Origin: Prevotellaceae bacterium
GTDB lineage: Bacteria > Bacteroidota > Bacteroidia > Bacteroidales > UBA932
DNA: 59,500 nucleotides
Direction: 5' to 3'
Assembly: GCA_031258755.1 (NCBI GenBank)
Contig: JAIRMK010000207.1
Coordinates: forward strand, 1 to 59,500
Shown one piece after another: positions 18,377 through 29,600 of the stretch (position 1 is the stretch's first letter; each line of letters starts with the position of its first letter). The translations under genes and the position numbers were made by a program. Below the pieces are notes generated by a model. It saw only the letters and a program-made list of their open reading frames with translations. It had not been told where the DNA came from and made no database searches.

Positions 18377-18730
18377 TTAGCCTATCAATTTATTGGTCTT
18401 GCTATCGGGAAATATGATGGCGGGTTTAAAAGATCCGACTTCTTCGGGGGTCATGGCGGCATAGGCCATGATAATAATCAAATGTCCTACTTTTACTTTA
18501 TGCGCAGCCGCGCCGTTAACAGCTATTTTCCCACTCCCGCGCTCGCCTTTTATTACGTATGTGTCGAACCGTTCCCCGTTGTCGATATTGGCCACGGTCA
18601 CTTTTTCATACGTTGTAAGATTGGCTGCATCCATGAGGTCTTCATCAATGGTAATGCTGCCCATATAATGGAGATTTGCCTCCGTGATGGTTACGCGGTG
18701 AATTTTTGATTTTAGTATTTCAATTTGCAT
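18377..18730 (-). CDS. panD: aspartate 1-decarboxylase
   Basis: [38 protein letters not shown], with the self-processing Gly-Ser site; 117 aa. Confidence 0.92.
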   Translation of the reverse strand: MQIEILKSKIHRVTITEANLHYMGSITIDEDLMDAANLTTYEKVTVANIDNGERFDTYVIKGERGSGKIAVNGAAAHKVKVGHLIIIMAYAAMTPEEVGSFKPAIIFPDSKTNKLIG

Positions 18731-18733
18731 AAG

Positions 18734-19573
18734 TTATTTCAATCTTATATTGTCAATTAAGCGTATGGTATTGGCATGTACCGCCACACACAGTTGTATG
18801 TTGCCGGCTTCATCCCACGTTTTGATGGGTTGTAATGTTTTTGCGTTTACAATTTCGGCGTATTCCGTTTTCAGTTCAGGATCGGCGTCAAGGGTCTCTT
18901 TCACCCATTTGCTGAGGTCGCTCACTCCCACATATTCCATTTTTTCTTTGGCTTCAAAAAGGGTGCGGGCAATGAGGGGTACGTGCATTCGCTGGTTGTT
19001 GTTCAGCAAGCGGTTGCGCGAACTCATGGCCAATCCGTCGTATTCACGCACGATAGGACAGGAAACAATTTGTATGGGCAGGTCTATTTGCTCTACCAGT
19101 AACTTGATGAGGGCAAGCTGTTGGAAATCTTTTTCTCCGAAAAAGGCCATAGTGGGGTTGACGATATTGAACAAGCGGGTGATCACCTGCGCCACGCCAT
19201 TGAAGTGCCCCGGGCGGTATACGCCTTCCATTACTTTGTCCATTTCGCCGAAATCGAACACGCGGGTATCGGGTATCGGGTAAATTTCTTTTTCGGAAGG
19301 AATAAAAACAAGGTTTACGCCAGATTCCGACAAGAGATTGGTGTCAACCTCCTGGGTGCGCGGATAGGTTTTGAAATCATCAGGATTATTAAATTGGGTA
19401 GGATTTACAAAAATACTCACTACCGTAAAATCGCATCTCTCCATAGCTGTTTTAACTAACGACAAATGTCCCTGATGCAATGCCCCCATGGTGGGCACAA
19501 ATCCTATCGTTTTATTTTTCCCGACAATAGACGTCAGCTCTTGCATGTGTTCAGCCGAATTGGTTATAATCAT
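18734..19573 (-). CDS. panC: pantoate--beta-alanine ligase
   Basis: GFVPTMGALHQGHLSLV (HxGH), VSIFVNPTQFN and GEKDFQQL. Confidence 0.92.
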   Translation of the reverse strand: MIITNSAEHMQELTSIVGKNKTIGFVPTMGALHQGHLSLVKTAMERCDFTVVSIFVNPTQFNNPDDFKTYPRTQEVDTNLLSESGVNLVFIPSEKEIYPIPDTRVFDFGEMDKVMEGVYRPGHFNGVAQVITRLFNIVNPTMAFFGEKDFQQLALIKLLVEQIDLPIQIVSCPIVREYDGLAMSSRNRLLNNNQRMHVPLIARTLFEAKEKMEYVGVSDLSKWVKETLDADPELKTEYAEIVNAKTLQPIKTWDEAGNIQLCVAVHANTIRLIDNIRLK

Positions 19574-19624
19574 CAGAACGGTTACTTCTTTTTAATTTTA
19601 ATTATACAAAGTTAATACTTTTTT

Positions 19625-20062
19625 CTATTTCATGCCCGTTGATCCGAATCCGCCGGCTCCACGTTCGCTGTCCGCGAGGGTTTCCACAGGCAACCATTCA
19701 ACTTTTTCATATTGACTGACAATCATTTGTGCAATACGTTCGCCGGGGTTCAATAAAAAATCCTGCGCGGAAAGATTTACGACGATTATTTTAATTTCCC
19801 CGCGGTAATCGGCATCGATGGTGCCGGGCGTGTTGAGCAGGGAAATGCCGTGTTTTGCAGCAAGTCCGCTGCGCGGGCGAATTTGCGCCTCATAACCTTG
19901 CGGCAGTTCGATGAACAAGCCGGTAGGTATCATGGCGCGTTGCAAGGACTTTAGGGTTAAAGGCTCGCTAAGATTAGCCCGCAAATCCATGCCGGCTGAG
20001 GAAAGGGTGGCATAAGCCGGGAGTTCGAAGGGTGATTGGTTAACAATTTTTACTTGTGTCAT
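19625..20062 (-). CDS. dut: dUTP diphosphatase
   Basis: [31 protein letters not shown] and a C-terminal [10 protein letters not shown]. Confidence 0.92.
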   Translation of the reverse strand: MTQVKIVNQSPFELPAYATLSSAGMDLRANLSEPLTLKSLQRAMIPTGLFIELPQGYEAQIRPRSGLAAKHGISLLNTPGTIDADYRGEIKIIVVNLSAQDFLLNPGERIAQMIVSQYEKVEWLPVETLADSERGAGGFGSTGMK

Positions 20063-21554
20063 GATGTGCGTTCGTATTATTTTTTGTTATTATGTTCATC
20101 GGATTTATTTTTTCACACCGAAACCAGAAAGCGACATAAGCCGCCAACAGGAGCGTGTTGATGAGCCATTTGGCCCATAGCAGTTGCACGTCGAGCCATG
20201 TACTGAAGAAAAACAGCGCCAGCGCCACCGAAATATAAGCCCAAAGTTTTAGCCAGTTGTAAGGAACAGGATAATATTTTGCGCCCAGCCATGCACTCAG
20301 TATAACCATGACAAGGTAGCTGAAGAAGTGCCCCCAGGCCGCGGCATGATAGCCGTAAACCGGCATGAACACAACATTAATAATCAACGTGACCAGCAGT
20401 CCGGCGGTGGTAATATACACGGCATAGTGTGTTTTGCCCGACAGTTTATACCACATGGAAAGGTTGAACGACATGCCCAGCAGCACATACGCGCCCAGCA
20501 TGATGGGCACGATGTCAAGTCCCGTCCTGAAATTTTTCCCCAGCAAAAGGCCGATGGCGTCTATGTAAAACATGACAAACAGAAAGATGACCATGCAAAA
20601 AGCCGTGAAATGATTCATGACAATGGCGAGGTGCATGGGCGCCTGTTTGTTTTTTTCGCCGGCAAAAAAATGCGGCTCGGCGGCATAACGAAACATTTGT
20701 ATGAAGAGCGACATGAGCACGGCAATTTTTACACCGGCCTGAAAAATACCAAGCTGCTCTTGCCATACCACATTTTCAGGCAAGAAATAACGGAATAATA
20801 TACGGTCAATAAATTCGTTGGCCACCCCCGGCAATCCTGCAATCATAAGCGGGATGGAATAAATCATCATCTGGCGCCACAGCGTTTTGTCGAACTTGAT
20901 TTTGATTTTCCACAAGTCGGGAATAAAGAGGATAAGGGCTATCAGGCAACTGAGGAAAATAGAGAACAGGATGTAACTGAAATCGGGGGTTGCCGACACA
21001 AAATGTAACAGCCACGAGTGGGGATGTGCGGCGAAATAAGCGGGCGCCGCGAAAAAAAGCAGAAAGTTAAAACCTAATTCGGCGCCAATTTTCACCGATT
21101 TAAAAACGGTAAACTTCGCCGCACGGTATTCAAAGCGCAGGCGGGCGAACAGGATGGCGGTAAAACTGTCGATGGCAAGAATGCCGCCGACATAAATAAT
21201 GCACATTTGGTATCCGTCGTAATGCAGCCACCGGGCAATGTCGTTCGACCAAAAGGCAGACAGGGCAAAGAACAGGGCGGCCACCACACCAATGAACACC
21301 AGCACGGTGGAAAACACTTCACGGGGCTTGTCGCTCCTGTTGGCATAGCGCAGGCTTCCGGTTTCCATCCCCATGGTGAGCAGCACCTGTAAAATGGCGA
21401 TATAGGCCAGAAAGTCGGTGGCAATACCATAATCGCCCGGCGTGAGCATGCGGGTGTAGATGGGAACAAAAAGAAAATTCAATACACGGGCAAGGATAGT
21501 ACTTACCCCATAAGTGGCGGTTTCACCCGCTAATCGTTTCAACGGATTTGCCAT
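20040..21554 (-). CDS. polysaccharide biosynthesis / oligosaccharide flippase family protein (MOP superfamily)
   Basis: 504 aa, about 12-14 TM helices, N-terminal [31 protein letters not shown] typical of Wzx-like flippases. The 3' end overlaps the dut start by 23 nt. Confidence 0.7.
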   Translation of the reverse strand: MANPLKRLAGETATYGVSTILARVLNFLFVPIYTRMLTPGDYGIATDFLAYIAILQVLLTMGMETGSLRYANRSDKPREVFSTVLVFIGVVAALFFALSAFWSNDIARWLHYDGYQMCIIYVGGILAIDSFTAILFARLRFEYRAAKFTVFKSVKIGAELGFNFLLFFAAPAYFAAHPHSWLLHFVSATPDFSYILFSIFLSCLIALILFIPDLWKIKIKFDKTLWRQMMIYSIPLMIAGLPGVANEFIDRILFRYFLPENVVWQEQLGIFQAGVKIAVLMSLFIQMFRYAAEPHFFAGEKNKQAPMHLAIVMNHFTAFCMVIFLFVMFYIDAIGLLLGKNFRTGLDIVPIMLGAYVLLGMSFNLSMWYKLSGKTHYAVYITTAGLLVTLIINVVFMPVYGYHAAAWGHFFSYLVMVILSAWLGAKYYPVPYNWLKLWAYISVALALFFFSTWLDVQLLWAKWLINTLLLAAYVAFWFRCEKINPMNIITKNNTNAHHDTSKNC

Positions 21555-23864
21555 CTAATAATCAAGTCCTTTTTTGTTAAACAATAAATAGCCTAAATTT
21601 AACTGGAAGTACCAATTGGTTTCGGCCTGGCTGTAATAGTTAGCCGAAAAACTCAGCGGCCCGATAGCCGTGTGCCACACCAGTGCGCCCAAGGCCATAT
21701 AGGCGCGGCTTGATAAGGGTTTGGAGTAAGACACTTCGTTGCCCACAGATAGAATCTGTCGGTAAGGTTGAAACACATAACCGCCTGTCTGCAATATTAT
21801 TTTATTGGTAAAACAAATTGTAGGTGTCAGGCCAAAGCCCACAAAAACGTCGGCGCGATAGTGGGGTAAAAAAATCGAACTGCTGTGCGGTGTAGGCGTA
21901 AAGGCAGGCAGCGACAGCATGGTGGAAAAATAATCGCCGAATGTCGATTTATTAGAAAATACCGCATCGATGTAGGTGCCTAATGAGAAATGATTACCCA
22001 TTGAAAAATACAATTCACTCAGAAATCGCACCGTAACCCACTGGTGGTAATCATGAATTTCGTTTTCTATGTTCGTGTTATTTCTTTTTGACAGGTTGCC
22101 GGAAATGTGCTTTTCTTTGCCTGTAACATATCGTACACTCACATGCTGTTTTTTGCCGAGGGTGGCATACTGGCGATAATTGAGCGTATTCCGTTCAATA
22201 ATAAACCGCGGGGAATAATAGTTAAAGCGTGTTTGGTCGGTCGTATCGGATGACATGAAATCCTGCACTTCAAAATAATCATCGCGAAGTCCGCCGACAG
22301 AAAAGCCCAGCTTAACATTTATATTTTGCCGGTCGGATAGCGGCACGCCGAAAGACAAACTGCCATACCGGTCTGTTTCCTGCAAGTAGCTCGGCCTTTT
22401 GTCGAAAAACACGAGATCCTGCGCTCCGGTGTAGTAATCATACTGCAAGATATTCCCTTCCACTTCATAAAAAAACAGCGGATACACGTCGAAATAACCT
22501 CTCCAGCCTATGCGGCCGCCCATAAAAAAACGCCCGATGTTCATATTGGCATAAGCAAACCCCATGTTGTTGGCAAAATGGTGCCATTCCAAACCCAGAT
22601 ACAGCTGATTGAGGGAAGAGGATGACAAATTGCCCCCAATGGCCACCCTGAACTGGGCGGCACGGGTTACCCGCACGTTAAGGTCGAAAAGGCCGGTAGA
22701 ATCTATGAAGGTAGCCCAGGGAAAGAACACGTTCACATTGTCCGAAGCAATAGCCCTGAAATAATGTCGCTTGACTTGCTGGAAGTTCATTACTTCATGT
22801 TTGTCCCCCCGCACCATACGGCCAAGGAAAGAATTTTGCAAACGAGAAACATTCCCCATTATATTTACGTTCTTAAACTTCAATTCCGGCATTCTTTTGC
22901 GAAAAGCATTCCTCTTTTCGGTTATTTCTTCCTGCGACACACGACGATTGCCTGCACGTGTTTTTATAGCATCCATTTTTTGCCACGTACTTTGATAGCC
23001 CTTGCCGGCAAGTTGAAGCACCTTGCCGAAATCGAGCAACGACACATTATCCAGCTTTACGTCAATCATAATCCCCCTGTCTTCGGGAAGATCATAATTG
23101 GTTGAGAACATAAGCATGTTTTCGATTTGCGTAAAAATATTATCTTCATCGGGATTTTTCGGATTGTTGCTCACTTTTACACCGATAATAAAGTCGGGGT
23201 TGAAGTCCTGCGCCATCACGTCCCACGGAAAGTTGTTGTAAAACCCGCCGTCGAACAATATCGTAGAATCCCTTTTGATTCCTTTGAAGTAAAACGGGTA
23301 AGACATCGAAGCCCGCACAGCCACGCCGAGATTTCCATCCCGCGCCACCACAGGTTTTTTCTTCACAATGTCGGAAGCCACGCAGCGAAAGGGTATCATC
23401 AAGCTGTCGAAATTATTTTTGGCAACCGCATCGGCGGCCGAGTACAGTTCCAGCACGGCGAGATCCATTTGGTATGACGGGATGAAGCTTGTAGGCACGT
23501 TCGGCTTAAGCCCTTTGGAATGCAGCCACAGCGAAAACATTTCGGGCGAGGGCTCGCGGCGGAACAGGTAGGTCTGGTCTTTCTCGAGCACTTGCCCTTT
23601 GTACCACGACGTAAAGTCTTCCGACTGCATCAGCGTTATCATTTCTTCGGGCGAATATCCAATGGCGTAAAGCGACGCCACAATAGCGCCCATAGACGTG
23701 CCGGCCACGTAATCAATAGGAATACCGTTTTCTTCGAGGGCTTTAATCACGCCGATATGCGCCATGCCTTTAGCCCCGCCGCCGCTCAGCACCAATCCCA
23801 CCCGCTGCGGAAAACCCTGGACGCCTAAACAAACACACAGCACGAATATCGCAAACCGTTTCAT
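21555..23864 (-). CDS. patatin-like phospholipase with a C-terminal beta-barrel-like region
   Basis: GLVLSGGGAKGMAHIGVIKALEENGIPIDYVAGTSMGAIV carries the oxyanion GGGxK/R and GxSxG motifs. Signal peptide present. 769 aa. Confidence 0.85.
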   Translation of the reverse strand: MKRFAIFVLCVCLGVQGFPQRVGLVLSGGGAKGMAHIGVIKALEENGIPIDYVAGTSMGAIVASLYAIGYSPEEMITLMQSEDFTSWYKGQVLEKDQTYLFRREPSPEMFSLWLHSKGLKPNVPTSFIPSYQMDLAVLELYSAADAVAKNNFDSLMIPFRCVASDIVKKKPVVARDGNLGVAVRASMSYPFYFKGIKRDSTILFDGGFYNNFPWDVMAQDFNPDFIIGVKVSNNPKNPDEDNIFTQIENMLMFSTNYDLPEDRGIMIDVKLDNVSLLDFGKVLQLAGKGYQSTWQKMDAIKTRAGNRRVSQEEITEKRNAFRKRMPELKFKNVNIMGNVSRLQNSFLGRMVRGDKHEVMNFQQVKRHYFRAIASDNVNVFFPWATFIDSTGLFDLNVRVTRAAQFRVAIGGNLSSSSLNQLYLGLEWHHFANNMGFAYANMNIGRFFMGGRIGWRGYFDVYPLFFYEVEGNILQYDYYTGAQDLVFFDKRPSYLQETDRYGSLSFGVPLSDRQNINVKLGFSVGGLRDDYFEVQDFMSSDTTDQTRFNYYSPRFIIERNTLNYRQYATLGKKQHVSVRYVTGKEKHISGNLSKRNNTNIENEIHDYHQWVTVRFLSELYFSMGNHFSLGTYIDAVFSNKSTFGDYFSTMLSLPAFTPTPHSSSIFLPHYRADVFVGFGLTPTICFTNKIILQTGGYVFQPYRQILSVGNEVSYSKPLSSRAYMALGALVWHTAIGPLSFSANYYSQAETNWYFQLNLGYLLFNKKGLDY

Positions 23865-23886
23865 TGTAACTCGAAAATATTTTTGT

Positions 23887-23917
23887 TTTGTTTATTCGCA
23901 GAAATACCCTACCTTTG
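23887..23917 (+). promoter_or_regulatory. Bacteroidota-type promoter for the cyclophilin gene
   Basis: TTTG (23887-23890), a 19-nt spacer, then TACCTTTG (23910-23917), about 40 nt upstream of the ATG at 23958. Confidence 0.5.
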
Positions 23918-23957
23918 CAAGTAAATAAACTTCAAAAATATATAAAATTATCGAGAT

Positions 23958-24647
23958 ATGAAAACAAATGGTATATTTCTTTCCGCGCTAATTTTAGTAT
24001 TAGTGTCTTGCGGAAACAACCCTAAAAACACAAACAAAAAAGTTGAAACGAAAACACAAACAGCCACAGTTACAGAAGAAACACAAACAACAACCATGGA
24101 GGAAAAACAATTAGCTTTTGACCCGGCCACACTTGGCGAAGAACCGGTATTGGATATACAAACGAATGAGGGCATCATCACCATTAAACTGTACAAAGAA
24201 ACGCCGCTGCACCGTGATAATTTCCTGAAATTAGCGGCCGGGAATTTTTATAACGGTATTATTTTTCACCGGGTCATCAAAGGCTTTATGATACAGGCCG
24301 GCGACCCTGCGTCGAAAAACCCGAAACCCGGCGCCCGTTATGGCGCAGGCGGTCCGGGTTATACGGTGGACGCGGAATTCCGTCCGCAGTATAAACACAA
24401 GAAAGGCGCACTGGCGGCAGCCCGGCAAGGCGATCAGGTAAATCCGGAAAAGGCCTCTTCGGGCTCGCAATTTTACATTGTTGAAAACGCGGCTACATGC
24501 GCACAATTGGATGGCGCTTACACCGTGTTCGGCGAAACAATCAACGGGTTTGACGTGATTGACAAAATCGCCGCTACCGCTACCGACTCTGCCGACCGTC
24601 CCACAAAAGACGTCGTTATCATAGACATTAAACCGGCCAAAAAATAG
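23958..24647 (+). CDS. cyclophilin-type peptidyl-prolyl cis-trans isomerase, lipoprotein with a Thr/Glu-rich linker
   Basis: Lipobox LVLVSCGNN. FHRVIKGFMIQAGDP, GSQFYIV and VFGETINGFDVIDKI. Confidence 0.9.
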   Translation: MKTNGIFLSALILVLVSCGNNPKNTNKKVETKTQTATVTEETQTTTMEEKQLAFDPATLGEEPVLDIQTNEGIITIKLYKETPLHRDNFLKLAAGNFYNGIIFHRVIKGFMIQAGDPASKNPKPGARYGAGGPGYTVDAEFRPQYKHKKGALAAARQGDQVNPEKASSGSQFYIVENAATCAQLDGAYTVFGETINGFDVIDKIAATATDSADRPTKDVVIIDIKPAKK

Positions 24648-24655
24648 CGCTCCAC

Positions 24656-25675
24656 ATGCACGAGAAAATAAACCGACTGCTGGCGGAAATTGAAGGCTGC
24701 ACGGCCAAGAGCAACGACGAGGTAGAAGCGCTCCGCGTGGGCTGGCTGGGGAAAAAGGGCAGCATCACTTCGCTATTTGAAGAATTCCGGCAAGTGGGCG
24801 CAGAAGAAAAACGGCAATTCGGGCAACAGATAAACCGCCTGAAGCAGGCCGCCCTCGAAAAAATTAATGCGTTGCGGGAAGGACTGGAACATCACAATGA
24901 CAGCAAGCAAACCTTCGACGCCACCATGCCGGGCGAGCCCGCCCCACTGGGTGCGCGGCATCCGCTTTCCATCGTGCGGGGCGAAATTATCGATATTTTC
25001 AAAACGCTGGGCTACACGGTAGCCGAAGGCCCCGAAATAGAAGACGACTACCACGTATTCGGTGCGTTGAACTTCCCGCCCGAACATCCGGCACGCGACA
25101 TGCAGGATACGTTCTTTATAACCACAGGCGACAACCCTGTGCTGCTGCGCACCCACACCAGCTCGGTGCAAGTGCGTGTCATGGAGTGCCAAAAGCCGCC
25201 CATCCGCATTATTTGCCCCGGCCGCGTGTTTCGCAATGAGGCCATTTCGGCGCGTGCCCACTGCATTTTTCATCAGGTAGAAGGATTGTATATTGACGAA
25301 AACGTGTCGTTCGCCGACATGAAGCACTCCATTTTGTATTTCGCCCGCGAGTTCTTCGGCGAGAAGGTGCAAATCAGGTTGCGTCCGTCGTATTTCCCTT
25401 TCACGGAGCCCAGCGCCGAAGTAGATGTGAGTTGTAACATCTGCAACGGCAAGGGATGCAACGTGTGCAAGCACACCGGCTGGCTCGAAATTATGGGGTG
25501 CGGCATGGTAGATCCTAACGTGCTGGAAGCTTCGAACATCGACCCGCAAAAATACACCGGCTTTGCTTTCGGCATGGGCATTGAACGCATCGCCATGCTG
25601 AAATGGCACGTCCGCGACCTGCGCCACTATTTCGAAAATGACGTCCGGTTTCTTCGCCAGTTCGCCGCCACATAA
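24656..25675 (+). CDS. pheS: phenylalanine--tRNA ligase alpha subunit
   Basis: Class II aaRS motifs: [65 protein letters not shown]. Confidence 0.95.
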   Translation: MHEKINRLLAEIEGCTAKSNDEVEALRVGWLGKKGSITSLFEEFRQVGAEEKRQFGQQINRLKQAALEKINALREGLEHHNDSKQTFDATMPGEPAPLGARHPLSIVRGEIIDIFKTLGYTVAEGPEIEDDYHVFGALNFPPEHPARDMQDTFFITTGDNPVLLRTHTSSVQVRVMECQKPPIRIICPGRVFRNEAISARAHCIFHQVEGLYIDENVSFADMKHSILYFAREFFGEKVQIRLRPSYFPFTEPSAEVDVSCNICNGKGCNVCKHTGWLEIMGCGMVDPNVLEASNIDPQKYTGFAFGMGIERIAMLKWHVRDLRHYFENDVRFLRQFAAT

Positions 25676-25718
25676 TAGTAAGTCCTCGTTTTTCGCAAAT
25701 CCAGTCAAACCAAGGAGT

Positions 25719-26594
25719 ATGAATAAAATATCAATCCGCTTTTTCAATGATAAGGAAGTCCGTGCAGTATGGGACGACGAAAACAACAAATGGTGGTTTT
25801 CGGTACTTGATATTATCGGCATTTTGCACGATGAAGATGATTACAATAAAAACCGTAATTATTGGAAGTATTTAAAGGCCAAGCTAAAGAAAGAAAACAA
25901 TGAAGTGGTTAGTGTCACTACCCAGTTGAAATTAACAGCGCCCGATGGCAAGAAACGTTTAAGCGACGCCCTTGACAGCGACGGCGTTATTCAACTTGCC
26001 AAGCAGTTTCCAGGCAACAAGGCAATGAAATTTTTAGACTGGTTTACCTACAGCGACAATACCATCGACGGACAAAGCAAAAAGAAGGCATACACGCTGT
26101 TTGAAAGCAACCTGATAAATGACATTTCGGTGGGCACGGCTAAAGGGTTGCAACAAATTCACGCTTATCTGTTTGGCGGGCTGTATGATTTTGCCGGGCA
26201 AATACGACAAAAGAATATAAGCAAGGGCGGTTTTCAGTTTGCCGTGGCGCATTTTTTAGGAAACACCTTACGGATTATTGAAAATATGCCCGAAACGACA
26301 TTTGACGAAATTGCGGATAAATATGTGGAGATGAATATAGCGCATCCGTTTATGGAAGGCAACGGCCGGTCAACCCGCATTTGGCTCGATTTAATGCTGA
26401 AAAAGAACTTGAAGCGGTGCGTGGATTGGAGCAAAATTAACAAAAAGGACTACTTGTCGGCCATGCAAAAAAGTGGTTCAAACGCTGCCAAAATAAAGGA
26501 GCTGTTGCGAAACGCGTTAACCGACAAAATCGCCGACCGCGAAATGTTTATGAAAGGTATCGACTATTCTTACTATTACGAGGAGGAGGAATAA
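25719..26594 (+). CDS. Fic-family protein with an N-terminal BRO-N-like DNA-binding domain
   Basis: Fic active-site motif [15 protein letters not shown]-terminus [33 protein letters not shown]...AMKFLDWF resembles BRO-N. Start chosen at the ATG at 25719; the 25638 extension overlaps pheS. Confidence 0.8.
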   Translation: MNKISIRFFNDKEVRAVWDDENNKWWFSVLDIIGILHDEDDYNKNRNYWKYLKAKLKKENNEVVSVTTQLKLTAPDGKKRLSDALDSDGVIQLAKQFPGNKAMKFLDWFTYSDNTIDGQSKKKAYTLFESNLINDISVGTAKGLQQIHAYLFGGLYDFAGQIRQKNISKGGFQFAVAHFLGNTLRIIENMPETTFDEIADKYVEMNIAHPFMEGNGRSTRIWLDLMLKKNLKRCVDWSKINKKDYLSAMQKSGSNAAKIKELLRNALTDKIADREMFMKGIDYSYYYEEEE

Positions 26595-26620
26595 TAGTAA
26601 AATAACTAATAATTAAAAAT

Positions 26621-29600
26621 ATGAGGTTTTTATTTGCGGGATTATTTTTCATTTTATGTTCCACGCCCAATCTTGCCTTAAATATTTCAGATTATAGGTT
26701 CCATACCATGCCGGAAACCTCCTACTATGGAGGTATACACAGCATCACAAAAGACAGTATCGGACGTATTTGGTTTAGTGGATACGACGCGTTGTTTATA
26801 TATAACGGTAATTCATTTGTCCAGATGAATGATTTTGTGACGAAGCTTTTACCAAGCTCGTACTGGTTATACGGACAGGTTGTTACCGACACTTCGAAGC
26901 GATTATATGTGGGCACTAATCAGGGATTATTACGTTTCAATTACCAGACAAAGGACTTTGAATTAATTTTAACCGGAAATATAGCTTCGGTTACATCGAA
27001 TGAGGATGGAACCATGTGGTTAGTCAGAGATGGCAAGATTGAAACATTCTATCCCGGCCGGTTGCCTGATATAACTTCCTATCCATTGCCTCCGGATGTG
27101 CCTATAACGGCATTAATATGCACCAAAGAACATATCTATATCGGGTCGAACGGAAAAGTGTACAGGTTGGATAAGAAAACCGGGCAGCACAGTTTATTTT
27201 CTTCCCTGGGCGACGATCGTTACGTGGTAAGGGATGTGATAGAATATAAGGAGTCGGTTTATATTCTCACGCACATGGATGGTTTGTATGAATGTGACAA
27301 TAAAGGTAACGTAGTAAAACATTACAACCTCTCGCGCGAATATGGAAAATCTGCGAGTACAAAAAAACTGTATCTTGACGCTTCAAATATCATTTGGATA
27401 GCCACGCAATCGGGGCTTTTTCTTTTGGACCCGCATACAGGAGAAATGCACTGCCTTCGCTCCAATTTTCATTATACATACTCGCTGCCTAATAATTCGG
27501 TGTGGTCTATTTATCCCGATCCTGACGGAGGCACATGGATAGGCACATACGGCGGCAAACTGGCCTATATGACCTTTTTTGATAATGACGTCAACTACTT
27601 CAAAGCTACGCCGGGCGGGTTGAGCCATCCAATAGTCAGCTGCTTTGAAGAGGACAGGGATGGAAATCTGTGGATAGGCACGGAAGGTGGCGGGCTGAAT
27701 TATTGGGATAGAAAGACCGACAGGTTTTCCTATTACACCCGGCAAAATCAAACAGGCGTAACGTCGAATATGATAAAAAAGTTGTGGTATGATGAAAAAG
27801 GCGCCCTGCTGATCTCTGCATTTAATGGAGGCATGGAGCGGTTTGACGACAGGCAACAGCGTTTCGTCGACCTGCGGATGCTTCATCCTGCCACCTCACA
27901 GCAACTGAGCGTCTACGATTTTGTGATGGAAGACAGTTCGGGTATTTGGATGACGGATCCCGACGCCAGATTAATGTATAAGGATAAGAAAAAAGGCGCT
28001 GTCGAAATTGTTTCTTTATTTGATTCGACAGGGAATGCGATTAGAATGCAAATTGAAACGCTGTTTCGCGATAAAAATAATAATCTGTGGCTGGTCACGC
28101 ACAGGGGCGCGTATGTGGTGGATGTTAGCACAAGGCGTATCATCAAACATTACTATATCGAGAACGCACCCTATTCCGTAAACATTCTTTGCTCATTTTG
28201 TATTACCTCAGACGCCGATATTTGGTTTGGAACGCGTGGCGGGGGTGCAAACCGGTTAGGAGCGGATGGCAGTTACGTGAATTTTGAAGAGCAGGAAGGT
28301 TTGTTTGGAAAAACTGTTTTCGGCATTTTGGAAGATACCGCCTCAAAGGATATATGGTTCAGCACCAACGATGGTCTGTATTATTATGACTATAAAAACA
28401 GGAAGATAAATAAATCCCGGATTGACAACCTGAGCCTTTGCGGCGCATTTTACGTGCGTGCCTGTTACAAAACCTCAAAAGGCGAAATGCTGTTTGGGGG
28501 AACAGACGGCTTCATTATGTTCACGCCCGGTAAAATAAAATACAATAATCAAAAAATCAAAGTCTTCTTTACGGATTTATTAATCAATAATAAAAAAATT
28601 GTACCGGAAGCCAAAGGCTCTCCGTTAAAAAAAGACATATCCACACTGTCCTGCTCCGGGGACAGCGACAATAAAATAATATTATCGCACAAGCAGTCCA
28701 ATATCGAAGTACGTGTTTCGGCAAACAGCTATTTGCATGCCGAAAAAAATCAATATGCATACCGGATGATTGGACTTTCGGACGCGTGGAACTTTTTGCC
28801 CCGGGGACAGAAAACGATACAATTCTTTAATTTACCTGCCGGAAATTACATTTTTGAAGTTAAGGCTGCAAATAATGACGGTTTGTGGGGCGACGAGGTC
28901 TCCGCACTGCATTTCGAGGTGAAACCATCGCCTTTCTTTTCTGTCTGGGCCTATATTGTCTATACTATATTATTATTGTGCATAGTGTATTTTATCTGGA
29001 GATATTTTACCAATAAGAAAATATTCAAGAACCGTTTGGAGATGGAGCAGATCAAGGAGCAAAACATGAAAAAGCTTACTCAGGCGCGAATTAACTTCTT
29101 CACCAACATCTCGCACGACCTTAAAACGCCGCTCACCTTAGTTGTTAATCCGTTGAAACAACTCAAAGAATGTTTGCCCGAAGATAAAACGCCGAACACC
29201 TATGTGCGCCTTATTGAGAAGAATGTAAACCGTATCCAGCGCATGATTAGCCAACTTCTTCAATTCAGAGAGATAGAAAGTCAGAAAATCACTTTTAACC
29301 ACCAACCCGGAGATCTGATACAATACATTAAGGACATTTTTTCTTTATTCGAACTGTATGCCAACAAAAAAGGGATTGAAACAGACGTAAATTCCGACAT
29401 TGAGCGTTTTTACACCAAGTTCGACCATGACGTAATAGAAAAAATATTCACCAATTTATTTTCCAATGCCATAAAATATACTACGGAAAATGGGTTTGTG
29501 GGTATAAAAATTAACAAAACCACGCAGGAAGAACTAACCTCTTTGGGCCTGCCCGAAAAGCTTCACACAGCATACATATCTGTTGGCATAACCAATACCG

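Noticed and set aside
25638-25718. Upstream extension of the Fic ORF overlapping the end of pheS
   Set aside because: The extension ([17 protein letters not shown]...) overlaps pheS by 38 nt and has no domain content. The ATG at 25719 starts exactly at the BRO-N-like domain.
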